Assembly: GCA_028866835.1 (NCBI GenBank)
Contig: JAGWHJ010000001.1
Location: 4,636 to 68,635 of the forward strand
Direction of reading: 5' to 3'
DNA: 64,000 bases
From: Candidatus Micrarchaeota archaeon
GTDB taxonomy: Archaea > Micrarchaeota > Micrarchaeia > Micrarchaeales > CABMGC01
Part shown: one piece after another, positions 26,017 through 36,342 of the stretch
How the letters are laid out: each line of letters starts with the position of its first letter
How positions within the stretch are numbered: the first letter of the stretch is position 1
Position numbers and translations under genes: made by a program
Notes under the pieces: generated by a model
What the model saw: only the letters and a program-made list of their open reading frames with translations
Database searches by the model: none
Told to the model about the DNA's origin: nothing

Positions 26017-26692
26017 AAGCGTTAACGATTATTGCCTTCAGGATTATGTAGCCGTCGCGGAAGGTCCTGAGCTTCCCCTCTCCGGCATTCCTCTTCTTCT
26101 CCGTGCTTGGGACTTCTATGACCTTCAGTCCCTTCTTGACTGCCTTTATGTTTATCTCCGTCTCTATCCCGAAACCCTTCTCCTTCAGGTTGAGCTTTGG
26201 TATTATCCTGCGGTTGAAGCTCCTGTACCCATAGCAGATGTCGGTGTAATGCGCCCCGAAAAGCAGGTTGACGAGCATCACGAAGAACTTGTTCCCGAGT
26301 ATTCTCACGAAAGTCATGTCTTCGGTGCTGCCTCCTGCGATAAATCGCGAGCCTGTGCATAGGTCATAGCCTATCGCTATGCTGTTCACAAGCAGCGTGA
26401 GTTCCTTCGGCTCATGCGAGAGGTCGGCATCCATGGATATCACTATCTCGCCATTTGCGGCGTGGAGCCCCTTTATCAGCGCGGAGCCCTTGCCCTGGTT
26501 ATCGTAAAGTATGCGTGCGCCATGCTTTTTAGCCAATTCAACGGTGTCGTCGGTAGAATGGCCGTCTACCACTATTATCTCGATGTTATTGCCCTTGAGG
26601 ACCCTGCGGACTCCCTGGAGCACCTTGCCGATGTTCTTGCCTTCGTTAAGCGTAGGTATGACTACTGAAACGCCCACTTTTTGTCCTCCCAT
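26006..26692 (-). CDS. family 2 glycosyltransferase (dolichyl-phosphate sugar synthase-like)
   Basis: VSVVIPTLNEGKNI, VVDGHSTDDT and DADLSHEP motifs. Confidence 0.85.
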   Translation of the reverse strand: MGGQKVGVSVVIPTLNEGKNIGKVLQGVRRVLKGNNIEIIVVDGHSTDDTVELAKKHGARILYDNQGKGSALIKGLHAANGEIVISMDADLSHEPKELTLLVNSIAIGYDLCTGSRFIAGGSTEDMTFVRILGNKFFVMLVNLLFGAHYTDICYGYRSFNRRIIPKLNLKEKGFGIETEINIKAVKKGLKVIEVPSTEKKRNAGEGKLRTFRDGYIILKAIIVNAFSR

Positions 26693-26799
26693 CTACACCG
26701 CCCAAAAGCGATAAAATTAGGCTGCCTGCAATTATAAATCCTTCTTGTAAACCGTACTCAGTGATGCCAATCGCACGCATTATGAATTGCAACGAACTT

Positions 26800-27630
26800 T
26801 CATGACCGGGTGAGTTCCTTATAACTTGCAATCCTGCCGGCTATAGCAGCTTCCCTGTCGCCTTCCACCATTTGCATTATCCTTTCGTGAACGACCGATT
26901 CAGGTGTGGTTATGGCGTCGACCAGCAGGCGCTCCGGCTGCATGCCGCTACCGATCAGATACATCGCCATTAGCCTTGTGCCGACATTATGCAGGCTGGC
27001 AGGCGTTCCTGTCAGATAATCAGATGAATCGTACTTTACTTTCTCATCATGAATTGGCGTAATGTCTAATCCGAGATGTCTTGCAAGACCGTTGCGGAGG
27101 TCTATGTAATGCCCGTATGTGTATGACATGCTCCGATACCACTTATCAAACAATCTTACCACATTGGCAACCATATCGTCGTCCCCGAGTTTTCGGGAAA
27201 TGAAAATTGCTGCAAATAATTCGGCTGTGCCTTCCTCGACAGGGGTCGTGCCCGATCTTCCCTGATACCATTCGTAAAACATTCCAGGGACGCTATTGAA
27301 GTTTACGTGGTGGCCGTTCTCATGGAGGGCGATAGCTTGCAACATATGCATGGGAGCATGGAGATTTATGCACAGCGTGGTGTTATCGTAATCATAATAC
27401 CCACCATAATAACCTGGTGCATAAAAAGTGGATATGCCAGGCATGAGGACGCGCCTGCCGCTGATTTCAGCGAAGTAGTCAAGGCTGCCTTGCACAGTGT
27501 GCGCTAGTATGTCCTCTATTAAAGGTGATGCGAGTTTTTTGCCTATACGCTTGCCATGCTCCTTGATGAATGTCATGGCAGGTGGTCCTTGCTCCGTAGG
27601 TGCCTGGTCGTTCCTAAATCTCAGCCTCAT
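26800..27630 (-). CDS. hypothetical gluzincin-like metallopeptidase (HEXXH + E)
   Basis: ALHENGHH is followed 25 residues later by EEGTAE. AT-richer sequence and no signal peptide seen. Confidence 0.4.
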   Translation of the reverse strand: MRLRFRNDQAPTEQGPPAMTFIKEHGKRIGKKLASPLIEDILAHTVQGSLDYFAEISGRRVLMPGISTFYAPGYYGGYYDYDNTTLCINLHAPMHMLQAIALHENGHHVNFNSVPGMFYEWYQGRSGTTPVEEGTAELFAAIFISRKLGDDDMVANVVRLFDKWYRSMSYTYGHYIDLRNGLARHLGLDITPIHDEKVKYDSSDYLTGTPASLHNVGTRLMAMYLIGSGMQPERLLVDAITTPESVVHERIMQMVEGDREAAIAGRIASYKELTRS

Positions 27631-27783
27631 GAAAATGCACTTTTGGAAGAAACTGGTTACTCTAAGCCAGCGTATATGAAAAGATGGTTATTTTTGATAT
27701 TTAAAAGTAACGAAACGGGACATTCCCGCCTAATCAGCAATATATATTAATCTGGCAATGCCCATTATTGTGCGGTATAATTC

Positions 27784-28851
27784 ATGAAGAGCTTAAGGAT
27801 GGCTGGGCTTGGCATCGAGGCTTTCAAGAACAACTTCACGATGCTCGACAGGCCGTACAAGCTGACTTTCTCGATGACATACTGGTGCCAGTCGAGATGC
27901 CTTACGTGCAACATATGGGAGATAAAGCCGAAGGGCGAGCTTACGCTTGACGAGATAAGGCAGTTCGCGGCCAAGAACAGGTACTTCAGGTGGATTGAGC
28001 TTACGGGAGGCGAACCTTTCCTAAGGAACGACATAGTAGAGATAGCGAAGGCCTTTGTGGAGAATTCGCCGGGGCTTTACATAATGACCATGCCGACCAA
28101 CTCGCTGTGCAACCAAGACATGGTCGTAAGCAAGATAGAGCAGATGCTCGATCTTGGCATACCGAAGCTTTCGATAACGCTCAGCCTCGACGGCTACCGC
28201 GAGCTCCACGACAAGATAAGAGGCGTGCCGGGCAATTTCGACAGAGTAATGTCTATGGCGAGGAGGCTGCAGGAGTTCCAGAAGAGGCACCCTAACCTCT
28301 TTTTCGTTTTCGGATACACCATGAGCAAGTTTAACCAGAACGAGTTCGCGAAGACCTACGAGGCGGTGAGCAAGGAGATACCGGGAATCACGTACAATAA
28401 TTTCCACTTAAATCTTGCGCAGTTGTCCGACATATACTACGAGAACACCAACCTCCAGATAAAGTCCGACAGGCAGATAGCTGCGGAGGAGATAGAATCG
28501 GTTATAAGGAATAGGCACTTCGAGGTAGGCGCGATACCCGCAATAGAGAACGTCTTCCTTAAGAAGCTCGTCCAGTACGCTAAGAGCGGCGAGGTGCCGA
28601 TAAAGAGCAAGAGCCTCGACGCTTCCCTATTCATGGACAGCTACGGCAATGTTTATCCTTCGATAATGTGGGGCCACAAGATAGGCAACATACGCGAGAG
28701 CGGATACGACCTGATGCCGCTGTGGCACAACCAGGAGGCCGAGTTCGTTAGGACGGCAATAAAGGAGGGGAAGGAACCTGTCGCCTGGACAGCCTGCGAG
28801 GCCTACCAGAGCATAGTGGGCAACATGGGCAGCATACTCGGCTTGCAGTAG
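27784..28851 (+). CDS. radical SAM protein
   Basis: CQSRCLTCNIWE (CxxxCxxC) and ELTGGEPFL motifs. First gene of a co-directional cluster. Confidence 0.8.
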   Translation: MKSLRMAGLGIEAFKNNFTMLDRPYKLTFSMTYWCQSRCLTCNIWEIKPKGELTLDEIRQFAAKNRYFRWIELTGGEPFLRNDIVEIAKAFVENSPGLYIMTMPTNSLCNQDMVVSKIEQMLDLGIPKLSITLSLDGYRELHDKIRGVPGNFDRVMSMARRLQEFQKRHPNLFFVFGYTMSKFNQNEFAKTYEAVSKEIPGITYNNFHLNLAQLSDIYYENTNLQIKSDRQIAAEEIESVIRNRHFEVGAIPAIENVFLKKLVQYAKSGEVPIKSKSLDASLFMDSYGNVYPSIMWGHKIGNIRESGYDLMPLWHNQEAEFVRTAIKEGKEPVAWTACEAYQSIVGNMGSILGLQ

Positions 28852-28898
28852 ATTGCAACTCTTTTTAAGTTTAAGGTCGAATCCTAATACGGGTAATT

Positions 28899-30596
28899 AT
28901 GTATATACTTGGTATCTGGGACGGGCACGATTCCGGAGCGGCGCTCGTAAAGGACAACAAGATACTCTTCGCTGCGAACGAGGAGCGCTACACCAAGAGG
29001 AAGCTGGAGGTCAGCTTCCCCAGCAATTCCATAAAGGCGGCGCTCGACTTTGAAGGGATCAAGCCGGACCAGATAGGCGTTGTCGCATTCCCTACACTTG
29101 AATTCACCAAGACCCTCTCCAGGATATTCCCGATGCAGAAGGAAACGTACTACAAGTTCAGGAGAAGGAAGATGCTAAGGCCCAGGACAACGCACCTGAT
29201 GCACTACGCCAAGTACTCCATGACGAGCATCGGCGTTCTGCCGCTTTGCAAGGCCATCAGCAACGCATCTGTCTCGCATGAGCTGAGAAGGCTGGGCTTC
29301 GGGCGGGTCAGGCTATACAACGTGGAGCACCATGCCGCCCACGCGGCCACCGCCGCATTCACGTCGGGCTTCGGGAAATCGTTAGTAGTGACCATGGACG
29401 GGGTAGGCGATGGGCTGTGCGGGACGATAAGCACGTTTGAGAACGGAGAACTCACGAGGAGGCAGGAGATAGGCGCCGCGAATTCCATAGGAATCTTCTT
29501 CGAGCAGGTCACAAACATAGTCGGTATGAGAGAGCTCGAGGATGAGGGGAAGGTGATGGCGATGGCCGACTACTCCTTCCCGTTCGAGTTCGAGAAGAAC
29601 AGGCTCAAGGAGTTCTATACTGTGAAGGGCCTTGAGATAAAGGCGAAATACGGGCCGATAAAGCAGTACAACATGCTGGACCGAATCGCATGGACCATGC
29701 CGAGGGAGCAGTTCGCGTACATGGCGCAGCAGCTCCTCGAGAAGACGCTGGTCGAGTTCTTCGGGAACGCGATCGGTGAGTTCGGGCTTTCCGACGTGGC
29801 GATGGCCGGAGGGATCATGTCGAACGTTAAGGCGAACATGAAGATAAGGAACCTTGACAGCCTCAAGAGATGGTTCATCTTCCCGCACATGGGAGACGGA
29901 GGAATAGCCCTGGGCGCAGCGCTCTACGCCAACTACGAGCTTAACGGAGTGACAAAATACGACTTTAACGATTCATACCTGGGAACAGGATACGATGACA
30001 GGTACATGGAGGATGTGCTCAGGGAGGAGAAGGACATAGAGTACGAGCATGACAGGAACAAGGCATCGCATGCAGCAGACATCATAGCCGACGACAATTA
30101 TCTGTTCTGGTTTCAGGGCAGGATGGAGTACGGGCCCAGGGCGCTGGGGAACAGGAGCATACTCGCAAATGCCGGTTCCGATAACGTAAAGGAGAAGCTC
30201 AATCTCTATGTTAAGCAGAGGGAATGGTACCAGCCCTTTGCGCCGTCTATGCTGGACAGCGAGGCGGACAACCTGCTGAAGAACATAAAGGGCCACGACA
30301 GGTTCATGACGATGGCATACGACGTGAGGAAGGACAGGGCCAGCGTGATGAAATCGGTGATGCACATAGACATGACAGCGAGGCCGCAGATGGTCGGCGG
30401 CGAGAACAAGGAGTACGAGAGGCTGCTAAGGAACTTAAAGAAGAAGACGGGATACGGCCTTGTGCTCAATACGAGCTTCAACCTGCACGGCATGCCGATA
30501 GTGCTGGATCCCAAGGATGCGCTGCTGACCATGAAGAAGACGAAGACCAGGCACATGTTTATGGGCAATTTCTACATTGAGAACAAGCAGGCGTGA
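28899..30596 (+). CDS. carbamoyltransferase (NodU/CmcH family)
   Basis: N-terminus ILGIWDGHDSGAALV...AANEERYTKRK, plus HHAAHAATA and GPRALGNRSILA motifs. Confidence 0.9.
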   Translation: MYILGIWDGHDSGAALVKDNKILFAANEERYTKRKLEVSFPSNSIKAALDFEGIKPDQIGVVAFPTLEFTKTLSRIFPMQKETYYKFRRRKMLRPRTTHLMHYAKYSMTSIGVLPLCKAISNASVSHELRRLGFGRVRLYNVEHHAAHAATAAFTSGFGKSLVVTMDGVGDGLCGTISTFENGELTRRQEIGAANSIGIFFEQVTNIVGMRELEDEGKVMAMADYSFPFEFEKNRLKEFYTVKGLEIKAKYGPIKQYNMLDRIAWTMPREQFAYMAQQLLEKTLVEFFGNAIGEFGLSDVAMAGGIMSNVKANMKIRNLDSLKRWFIFPHMGDGGIALGAALYANYELNGVTKYDFNDSYLGTGYDDRYMEDVLREEKDIEYEHDRNKASHAADIIADDNYLFWFQGRMEYGPRALGNRSILANAGSDNVKEKLNLYVKQREWYQPFAPSMLDSEADNLLKNIKGHDRFMTMAYDVRKDRASVMKSVMHIDMTARPQMVGGENKEYERLLRNLKKKTGYGLVLNTSFNLHGMPIVLDPKDALLTMKKTKTRHMFMGNFYIENKQA

Positions 30597-30599
30597 AGG

Positions 30600-31739
30600 A
30601 TGAAGATAGCTTTTGCGTATGACGTACCGTATCCGTGGCATATCGGCGGGATAGAGTTCCTGAATTTCAGCGAGGCCCAGGCGCTTGCGAGGCGCAACGA
30701 CGTGCACTTCTTCACGCTAAGATGGCCGGAGATGAAGGAGAACTTCAGGTACGAGGGCATACGCTACCACACCTTCCACAACGTGACGCAGAAGCAGGTG
30801 TACAGGCATGGAAGGAGGTCGATAAGAGAGGCGGTCTTCTTCTCATTCGGATTGTTCAAGATGTTCAGCTATGATTTTGACGTGGTCATAACCGACCAGT
30901 TCCCGGTGCTGCATCTGCCGACTGTAAAGCTCTATTGCTGGCTCAAGCACAGCAAGCTCGTGCTGGAGGTGGCGGAGGTGTGGGACCGTGCATACTGGAA
31001 CGAGTACCTAGGAAGCGGACTGGGCTGGATCGCGCACGGCCTGACAAGCCTTTTCATAAGGAATGCGGACATGTACGTAGTTGATTCCAGCACTACCGGG
31101 AACAGGCTTGCATCGATATTCAGGATAGACAAGAAAAAGATAGTCCAGTACGCACCGTCGGTTGATGACAAGCTCATAGGAAAGGTGAATAATGGATACA
31201 GCGGCCTGCGCGACAAGACGGTGATATTTTCAGGCAGGCTGATAAAGGAAAAACGGCTCGACAAATGGATCGAGGTTGTCGAGAAGGCGATCAGGAAGAG
31301 CCCCGGCATAAGGGGCGTGATTGTTGGCGCAGGGCCGGAATACGACAGCATAAAATCACTTATCGAGAAGAAGGGCCTTTCTGGGAAGATAGAGCTAAGG
31401 CCATTCTACAAGGAGAAGAGGGACTTCTACAGGGAGCTGAGGAGGTCCGGGATGATACTCCACATGTCCGAGAGGGAAGGCCTCGGCATAATCGTAATAG
31501 AGAGCGTTGCACTTGGCACGCCAGTGCTGTTGCCGGATTACACGCCGCTCCCGAAGGAAATAAAGGGGATGTGCGTTGTGGAGCATGAGAAGGACATGCC
31601 AGGTAAGATAGTCGAGATGCTGAACAGCAGATCGAAGGAAAAGTACATCTCCAACACGAAGAACATAGACCGATTCCTTATATCCAATGTGATCCCTGTA
31701 TTCAGCAGGATATTCAAGGACATCGGCTTGAAGGATTAA
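30600..31739 (+). CDS. family 4 glycosyltransferase (GT-B, Glycos_transf_1)
   Basis: SEREGLGIIVIESVALGTPVL, the E-x7-E region. Confidence 0.8.
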   Translation: MKIAFAYDVPYPWHIGGIEFLNFSEAQALARRNDVHFFTLRWPEMKENFRYEGIRYHTFHNVTQKQVYRHGRRSIREAVFFSFGLFKMFSYDFDVVITDQFPVLHLPTVKLYCWLKHSKLVLEVAEVWDRAYWNEYLGSGLGWIAHGLTSLFIRNADMYVVDSSTTGNRLASIFRIDKKKIVQYAPSVDDKLIGKVNNGYSGLRDKTVIFSGRLIKEKRLDKWIEVVEKAIRKSPGIRGVIVGAGPEYDSIKSLIEKKGLSGKIELRPFYKEKRDFYRELRRSGMILHMSEREGLGIIVIESVALGTPVLLPDYTPLPKEIKGMCVVEHEKDMPGKIVEMLNSRSKEKYISNTKNIDRFLISNVIPVFSRIFKDIGLKD

Positions 31740-31774
31740 ATACCATTCGTGCAATAACCATAGAGTGCGAGCGC

Positions 31775-34615
31775 ATGATAAACTATAAGGAGATAGAAAC
31801 AAAGTGGCAGGCCAGATGGTCAAGCGCCAGGATCTTTGAGGGCGAGATCAGCGACAAGCCCGCTTACATGGTCACCGCGGCATGGCCGTACACAAATGCG
31901 CCGCAGCACGTAGGCCACCTGAGGACCTTTGGCACCACGGATGTCCTTGCAAGGTACATGAGGATGAAGGGCTACAATACGCTCTACCCGATGGCTTTCC
32001 ATGCGACTGGCACGCCAATACTCGCATTCGCAAAAAGGCTCAAGAACAACGACCAGGATCTGATATCAGAGCTGCACATGTTCCATGTGCCGGACGACGA
32101 GATACAGAAGATGACAGACCCCATGTACATAGCGAGCTACTTCATAGACGAGATAGAGAAGGGCATGAAGAAGGCCGGATACAGCATCGACTGGAGGAGG
32201 AAATTCGTCTCCGTAGAGCCGCTGTTCAGCAAGTTCGTCGAATGGCAGTTCGGAATCCTCAACGAGAAAGGATATATAGTCAAGGGCAAGCATCCAGTAG
32301 GCTGGTGCCCCAACGAGAACAACGCTGTGGGAATGCATGACACCAAGCATGATGTGGAGCCGGAGATAGACAAGGAAACCGCGATAAAGTTCAAGATAGA
32401 CGGCGAGGACGCATACCTTCTGTGCACGACGTACCGCCCGGAGACGATATTCGGCGTGACGAACGTGTTCGTCAATTCAGATGTGGTGTACGCGCTCTGC
32501 AAGGTGAACGACGAGCCCATTCCTTACTACATGTCAAAGGCCACGTCGCAGATGCTTTCATACCAGCTGAAGATAGAGCGGATCTCGGAGGTGAAGGGAG
32601 CCGACCTGCTCCAGAGGATGTGCCTGAACCCGATCAACGGCGCGAAGATACCGGTACTGCCGGGCTTCTTCGTCAAGGAGGACATCGGGACGGGAATTGT
32701 GATGAGCGTCCCGGCCCACGCACCTTTTGATTACGTAGCGCTAGAGAAGCTAAGGTCCAGCGGCTACAGCATGCCTGAGATAAAGCCAGTGAAGGTCCTT
32801 GAGGTCAAGAAGGCCGGCGCTGCCGCCGAGGAGCCTTACGTGGACATGCCCGCGCTGGCATACATAAACCTCTTCTCCAAGGGCGAGAAAGAGCTCGACG
32901 CCGCGCTCGAGGAGGCGACAAAGGCTGAATACAAGGACGAATCGCATTTCGGCGTCATGATTGTCGAGGGTTATAAGGGCATGGGAGAGATGCAGGCAAG
33001 GGAGAAGATAACCGCCGACATGGTGAAGGCCTGCAGCGCTTTTGAGATATACGTAATCGTTAACAACCCAGTCTTCTGCAGGTGCGGATACAGGGTCACC
33101 GTCAAGCTCGTGGACAACCAGTGGTTCATAAACTATGGCGACCATGCATGGAAGGACAGGGCAAGGGAGGCCTTCATGTCGATGACAATACTGCCGGAGA
33201 AGAGCAGGAAGGCATTCGAATCAGCCATAGACTGGATAGACCTCAGAGCCACCGAGAGGGCGCAGGGGCTCGGGACAAAGTTCCCGCTCAACGAGGACCA
33301 CATAATAGAATCGCTCTCCGATTCGACGATATACATGTCCTTCTACACGATCTCGTATCTTGTCAGGAGCATCCCCATCGAGAACCTCAAGCCCGCATTC
33401 TTCGACTACGTCTTCCTGAAAAAGGGCAACATAGACGAGGTGTCGAAGGCGACGGGCATAAGCTACGAGACCATAAAGAGGTGCCGGGAATCTTTTTCGT
33501 ACTGGTATCCTAACACGTCAAGGCACTCCGGTCCTGACCTGATATTCAACCATCTGACAATGTACATCTTCAACCACGTTGCCGTCTTCCACAAGGAATA
33601 CTGGCCGAAGCAGATAGTCGTCAACGGCTCGGTCCTCAGCGAGGGGGAGAAGATGAGCAAGAGCCTCGGCAACATAGTGCCGCTCATGGACGGCATGGAG
33701 AAGTACGGCGCTGATCCGCTGAGGTTCGTTGTGGTCGCAGGCGCGGATCTCTTCAGCGATTCGGAGTTCAGCGCGGAGGCGGTCCGAGGAGTTGACGAGC
33801 GCCTGGAGTACCTCTACGACCTGGCGAGGAGGATCGATGAGTTCGAGTCGGGTGAACTGAAGCACATAGACTACTGGCTCTACTCCAAGCTCAACAGGAA
33901 GATAAGGGCGGTCACGCAGTCGATAGATAAGCTCGAGCTCAGGGGCGTATCGACACTTGCGCTGTACGATTCCATAATAGAGCTGAAGAGGTATCTCGCA
34001 CGCGGGGGCGGCAACGGTCTTGCCCTCCGCGATTACGTCACGAATGTGACCATGCTGCTTGCGCCGATAGTGCCGCACTTCTCTGAGGAATTGTGGGAGA
34101 TGCTCGGCAACGGGCCGTTCGTAGCAACGGAGAGGTGGCCCTCGGCTGACGAATCCATGATAAGCGACAAGATAGAGAGCGAGGAGGAGCTGCTCGACAG
34201 CGTGATAGGAGATTCGAAGCAGGTCCTTGACCTCCTCAGGAAGAAGACGGGCAAGGAGCCGGCCGAGCTCGTGCTCATAGTTGCCGACAACTGGAAGACC
34301 ATGCTGAACAACAGGCTTGCCAGGGAAAAGAACACGGGAAAGGTGATAAAGGAGCTCAACTTGGAAGACGAGATGTTCAAGGGCGTAGACAAGGACAGGG
34401 TCATGAAGTACGTGAACCAGCTGCTCAGGAAGCGCAACACGCTGCGCATTATAAGCACGGACCAGGAGGAGGAGTTCAGGCTCCTCAACGAATCCAAGCT
34501 TTACATAGAGAGCGTCCTGAGGTGCAGGCCGGTGATAGAGAAGGAGGGCTCGGCCAAGTCCCAGAGGGCCGCGCTCGCTATGCCGCAGAGGCCGGCTATA
34601 GACGCTAGAACCTGA
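31775..34615 (+). CDS. leuS: leucyl-tRNA synthetase (archaeal type)
   Basis: PYTNAPQHVGHLRTF (HIGH), KMSKSLGN (KMSKS) and a CP1 editing insertion; 946 aa. Confidence 0.95.
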   Translation: MINYKEIETKWQARWSSARIFEGEISDKPAYMVTAAWPYTNAPQHVGHLRTFGTTDVLARYMRMKGYNTLYPMAFHATGTPILAFAKRLKNNDQDLISELHMFHVPDDEIQKMTDPMYIASYFIDEIEKGMKKAGYSIDWRRKFVSVEPLFSKFVEWQFGILNEKGYIVKGKHPVGWCPNENNAVGMHDTKHDVEPEIDKETAIKFKIDGEDAYLLCTTYRPETIFGVTNVFVNSDVVYALCKVNDEPIPYYMSKATSQMLSYQLKIERISEVKGADLLQRMCLNPINGAKIPVLPGFFVKEDIGTGIVMSVPAHAPFDYVALEKLRSSGYSMPEIKPVKVLEVKKAGAAAEEPYVDMPALAYINLFSKGEKELDAALEEATKAEYKDESHFGVMIVEGYKGMGEMQAREKITADMVKACSAFEIYVIVNNPVFCRCGYRVTVKLVDNQWFINYGDHAWKDRAREAFMSMTILPEKSRKAFESAIDWIDLRATERAQGLGTKFPLNEDHIIESLSDSTIYMSFYTISYLVRSIPIENLKPAFFDYVFLKKGNIDEVSKATGISYETIKRCRESFSYWYPNTSRHSGPDLIFNHLTMYIFNHVAVFHKEYWPKQIVVNGSVLSEGEKMSKSLGNIVPLMDGMEKYGADPLRFVVVAGADLFSDSEFSAEAVRGVDERLEYLYDLARRIDEFESGELKHIDYWLYSKLNRKIRAVTQSIDKLELRGVSTLALYDSIIELKRYLARGGGNGLALRDYVTNVTMLLAPIVPHFSEELWEMLGNGPFVATERWPSADESMISDKIESEEELLDSVIGDSKQVLDLLRKKTGKEPAELVLIVADNWKTMLNNRLAREKNTGKVIKELNLEDEMFKGVDKDRVMKYVNQLLRKRNTLRIISTDQEEEFRLLNESKLYIESVLRCRPVIEKEGSAKSQRAALAMPQRPAIDART

Positions 34616-35339
34616 AGCTGTTGAAGAACAGCGACATCACAAGCGCGATTATGAGTATGAAGGCTAGTTCTATCATGAATAATATGGCCGGTATGCCCAT
34701 CAGTGTTGCCGCTATGAAGAAGAACACGAAGGTTATCAGCATCATTATCGCGAATACGCCCTTGTTCCACCTGAACACCTTGCTGCCGTCTAGAGGATAG
34801 ACCGGCAGCATGTTGAAGAATGCCAGGAGTATGCTTATGAACAGCGTCACAGACACGGCCATGTTCAGATACTGGCTTGACTGGAGCGCGCTCGAGTAGA
34901 CAATGCTTATGATGAAGAACACGATGAAGACCGCGAAGTTCGTCAGCGGCCCTGCAAGGGAGACGTATCCCTCCTCCCTCCGCGTGAACGTGCTGGTGTA
35001 TATTATGGTTGCTCCAGGCACGCCTATGAGGAAGCCGAAGAGCGCGGTCATTATCGTGAAGAATATGCCGTTTGTCGACTTCCTGAAGGCCGCTACCGCT
35101 CCGAAATGCTTCGCGGCAAGCTTGTGCATGTATTCGTGGAGCACGAACGAGAGCGTGACCGCCATGATGGTTATCGGCATGAGTGCGAGGAAGGCGTACG
35201 GCTTTGCAGCCGCATTGGCCAGGCCCCCGGAAAGCACAAGCGCGAAGCCCAAGCTGAGGATCAGGTCGGCTATGATTATGTCCTCTATCTCCTCCCTCAC
35301 AAAGGAACGTCCACTATTGTAATAATCGGCCATTGTCAA
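34605..35339 (-). CDS. site-2 protease family (M50) membrane metalloprotease
   Basis: HEYMHKLAAKHFG (HExxH in a TM helix) and NMLPVYPLDG (NxxPxxxLDG). Confidence 0.85.
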   Translation of the reverse strand: MTMADYYNSGRSFVREEIEDIIIADLILSLGFALVLSGGLANAAAKPYAFLALMPITIMAVTLSFVLHEYMHKLAAKHFGAVAAFRKSTNGIFFTIMTALFGFLIGVPGATIIYTSTFTRREEGYVSLAGPLTNFAVFIVFFIISIVYSSALQSSQYLNMAVSVTLFISILLAFFNMLPVYPLDGSKVFRWNKGVFAIMMLITFVFFFIAATLMGIPAILFMIELAFILIIALVMSLFFNSFRF

Positions 35340-35361
35340 ATCACGATTCCGCGCGAAGCCT

Positions 35362-36153
35362 TCAGCTCTTTGTCTGCACAGTGCCTTCCAGCGACTTCGA
35401 GCAGCTGCAGCTCTGCGTTTCGGGTATCTTCGGCACGATGTTGAGCACGAATTCCTTCGCCTTTGCCTGAAGCGCGCTGACTCCTTCTGCTGCCATCGGC
35501 GTTATGTCCGCCTTGCCCTCCATGCACGCGTCGTAGCCCGTGACGATACCCATGCCAAGGTAGCATATGCCGCTCTCCCTCGCGAGCGCAACCTCGGGGT
35601 ACTGGACCATGTCGATGACATGGAAGCCCTGCGAGCTGAAGAAAGATGATTCCGCCTTGCTGACCATGCGCGGCCCGTTCACGACGACGACTGTGCCGGC
35701 CTTGTGATACTTCATCCCCATGCCGTCCGCGGTCTTTGCAGCGAGCTCCCTGAGCTCGGGGCAGTAAGGCTCCGCCGTGCTGACCTGCGCGAAGCCGTCC
35801 TCGTCGAAGAAGGTCTCCGCCCTGCCGCTGGTCATGTTCACGAACTGGTCGAAGAAGACGAACTCGCCTGGTTTGTAGTCGGCGTTAAGCGAATTTACCG
35901 TGCAGGTTCCCAGTATCCTCCTCACCGTCATCGTCTTGAGCGCGGCGATGTTTGAGCGGTAAGGCACCTTCTCCGGGGAGATCCTGTTCTTGAAACCGTG
36001 CCTTGGTATGAATGCGACCATCTTCTCCCCCAGGTTTCCGACGGTGAAATCGTCGCTGGTCGGCCCGTACTTGGTGCTCTGGCTGAAGACAGCGGCGTTC
36101 TCCACCAAAGAGGAGAGAGTTGCGTCCCCTATAAGGCCTATCTCGGCTGGCAT
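35362..36153 (-). CDS. mtnP: S-methyl-5'-thioadenosine phosphorylase (PNP family), paralog 1
   Basis: FIPRHG, MTSGRAETFFD and VNMT motifs, with the C-terminal CSCSKSLEG CXC motif. Confidence 0.85.
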   Translation of the reverse strand: MPAEIGLIGDATLSSLVENAAVFSQSTKYGPTSDDFTVGNLGEKMVAFIPRHGFKNRISPEKVPYRSNIAALKTMTVRRILGTCTVNSLNADYKPGEFVFFDQFVNMTSGRAETFFDEDGFAQVSTAEPYCPELRELAAKTADGMGMKYHKAGTVVVVNGPRMVSKAESSFFSSQGFHVIDMVQYPEVALARESGICYLGMGIVTGYDACMEGKADITPMAAEGVSALQAKAKEFVLNIVPKIPETQSCSCSKSLEGTVQTKS

Positions 36154-36196
36154 GATATCGAATCTTATTAACAGCCAAATCTATAATAAATATATT

Positions 36197-36205
36197 CTTA
36201 TAAGA
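36197..36205 (+). promoter_or_regulatory. TATA-box-like element upstream of tRNA-Gln
   Basis: cttataaga about 25 nt upstream of the tRNA 5' end. Confidence 0.4.
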
Positions 36206-36228
36206 ATAGAACACCAGACCAAGCTTGA

Positions 36229-36301
36229 AGCCCCATAGTCTAGTGGTCAAGGATATCGGGCTCTGAACCCGGTGACGCCAGTTCGAATCTGGCTGGGGCT
36301 A
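36229..36301 (+). tRNA. tRNA-Gln (anticodon CUG), CCA not encoded
   Basis: AGCCCCA-TA-GTCT/AGTGGTCAA/GGAT-A-TCGGG/CTCTGAA/CCCGG-TGAC-GCCAG/TTCGAAT/CTGGC-TGGGGCT-A. Confidence 0.85.
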
Positions 36302-36342
36302 TTTCGGCTTCTGTTTATCAAGAAGGGGAATTAGAAGGAAGG

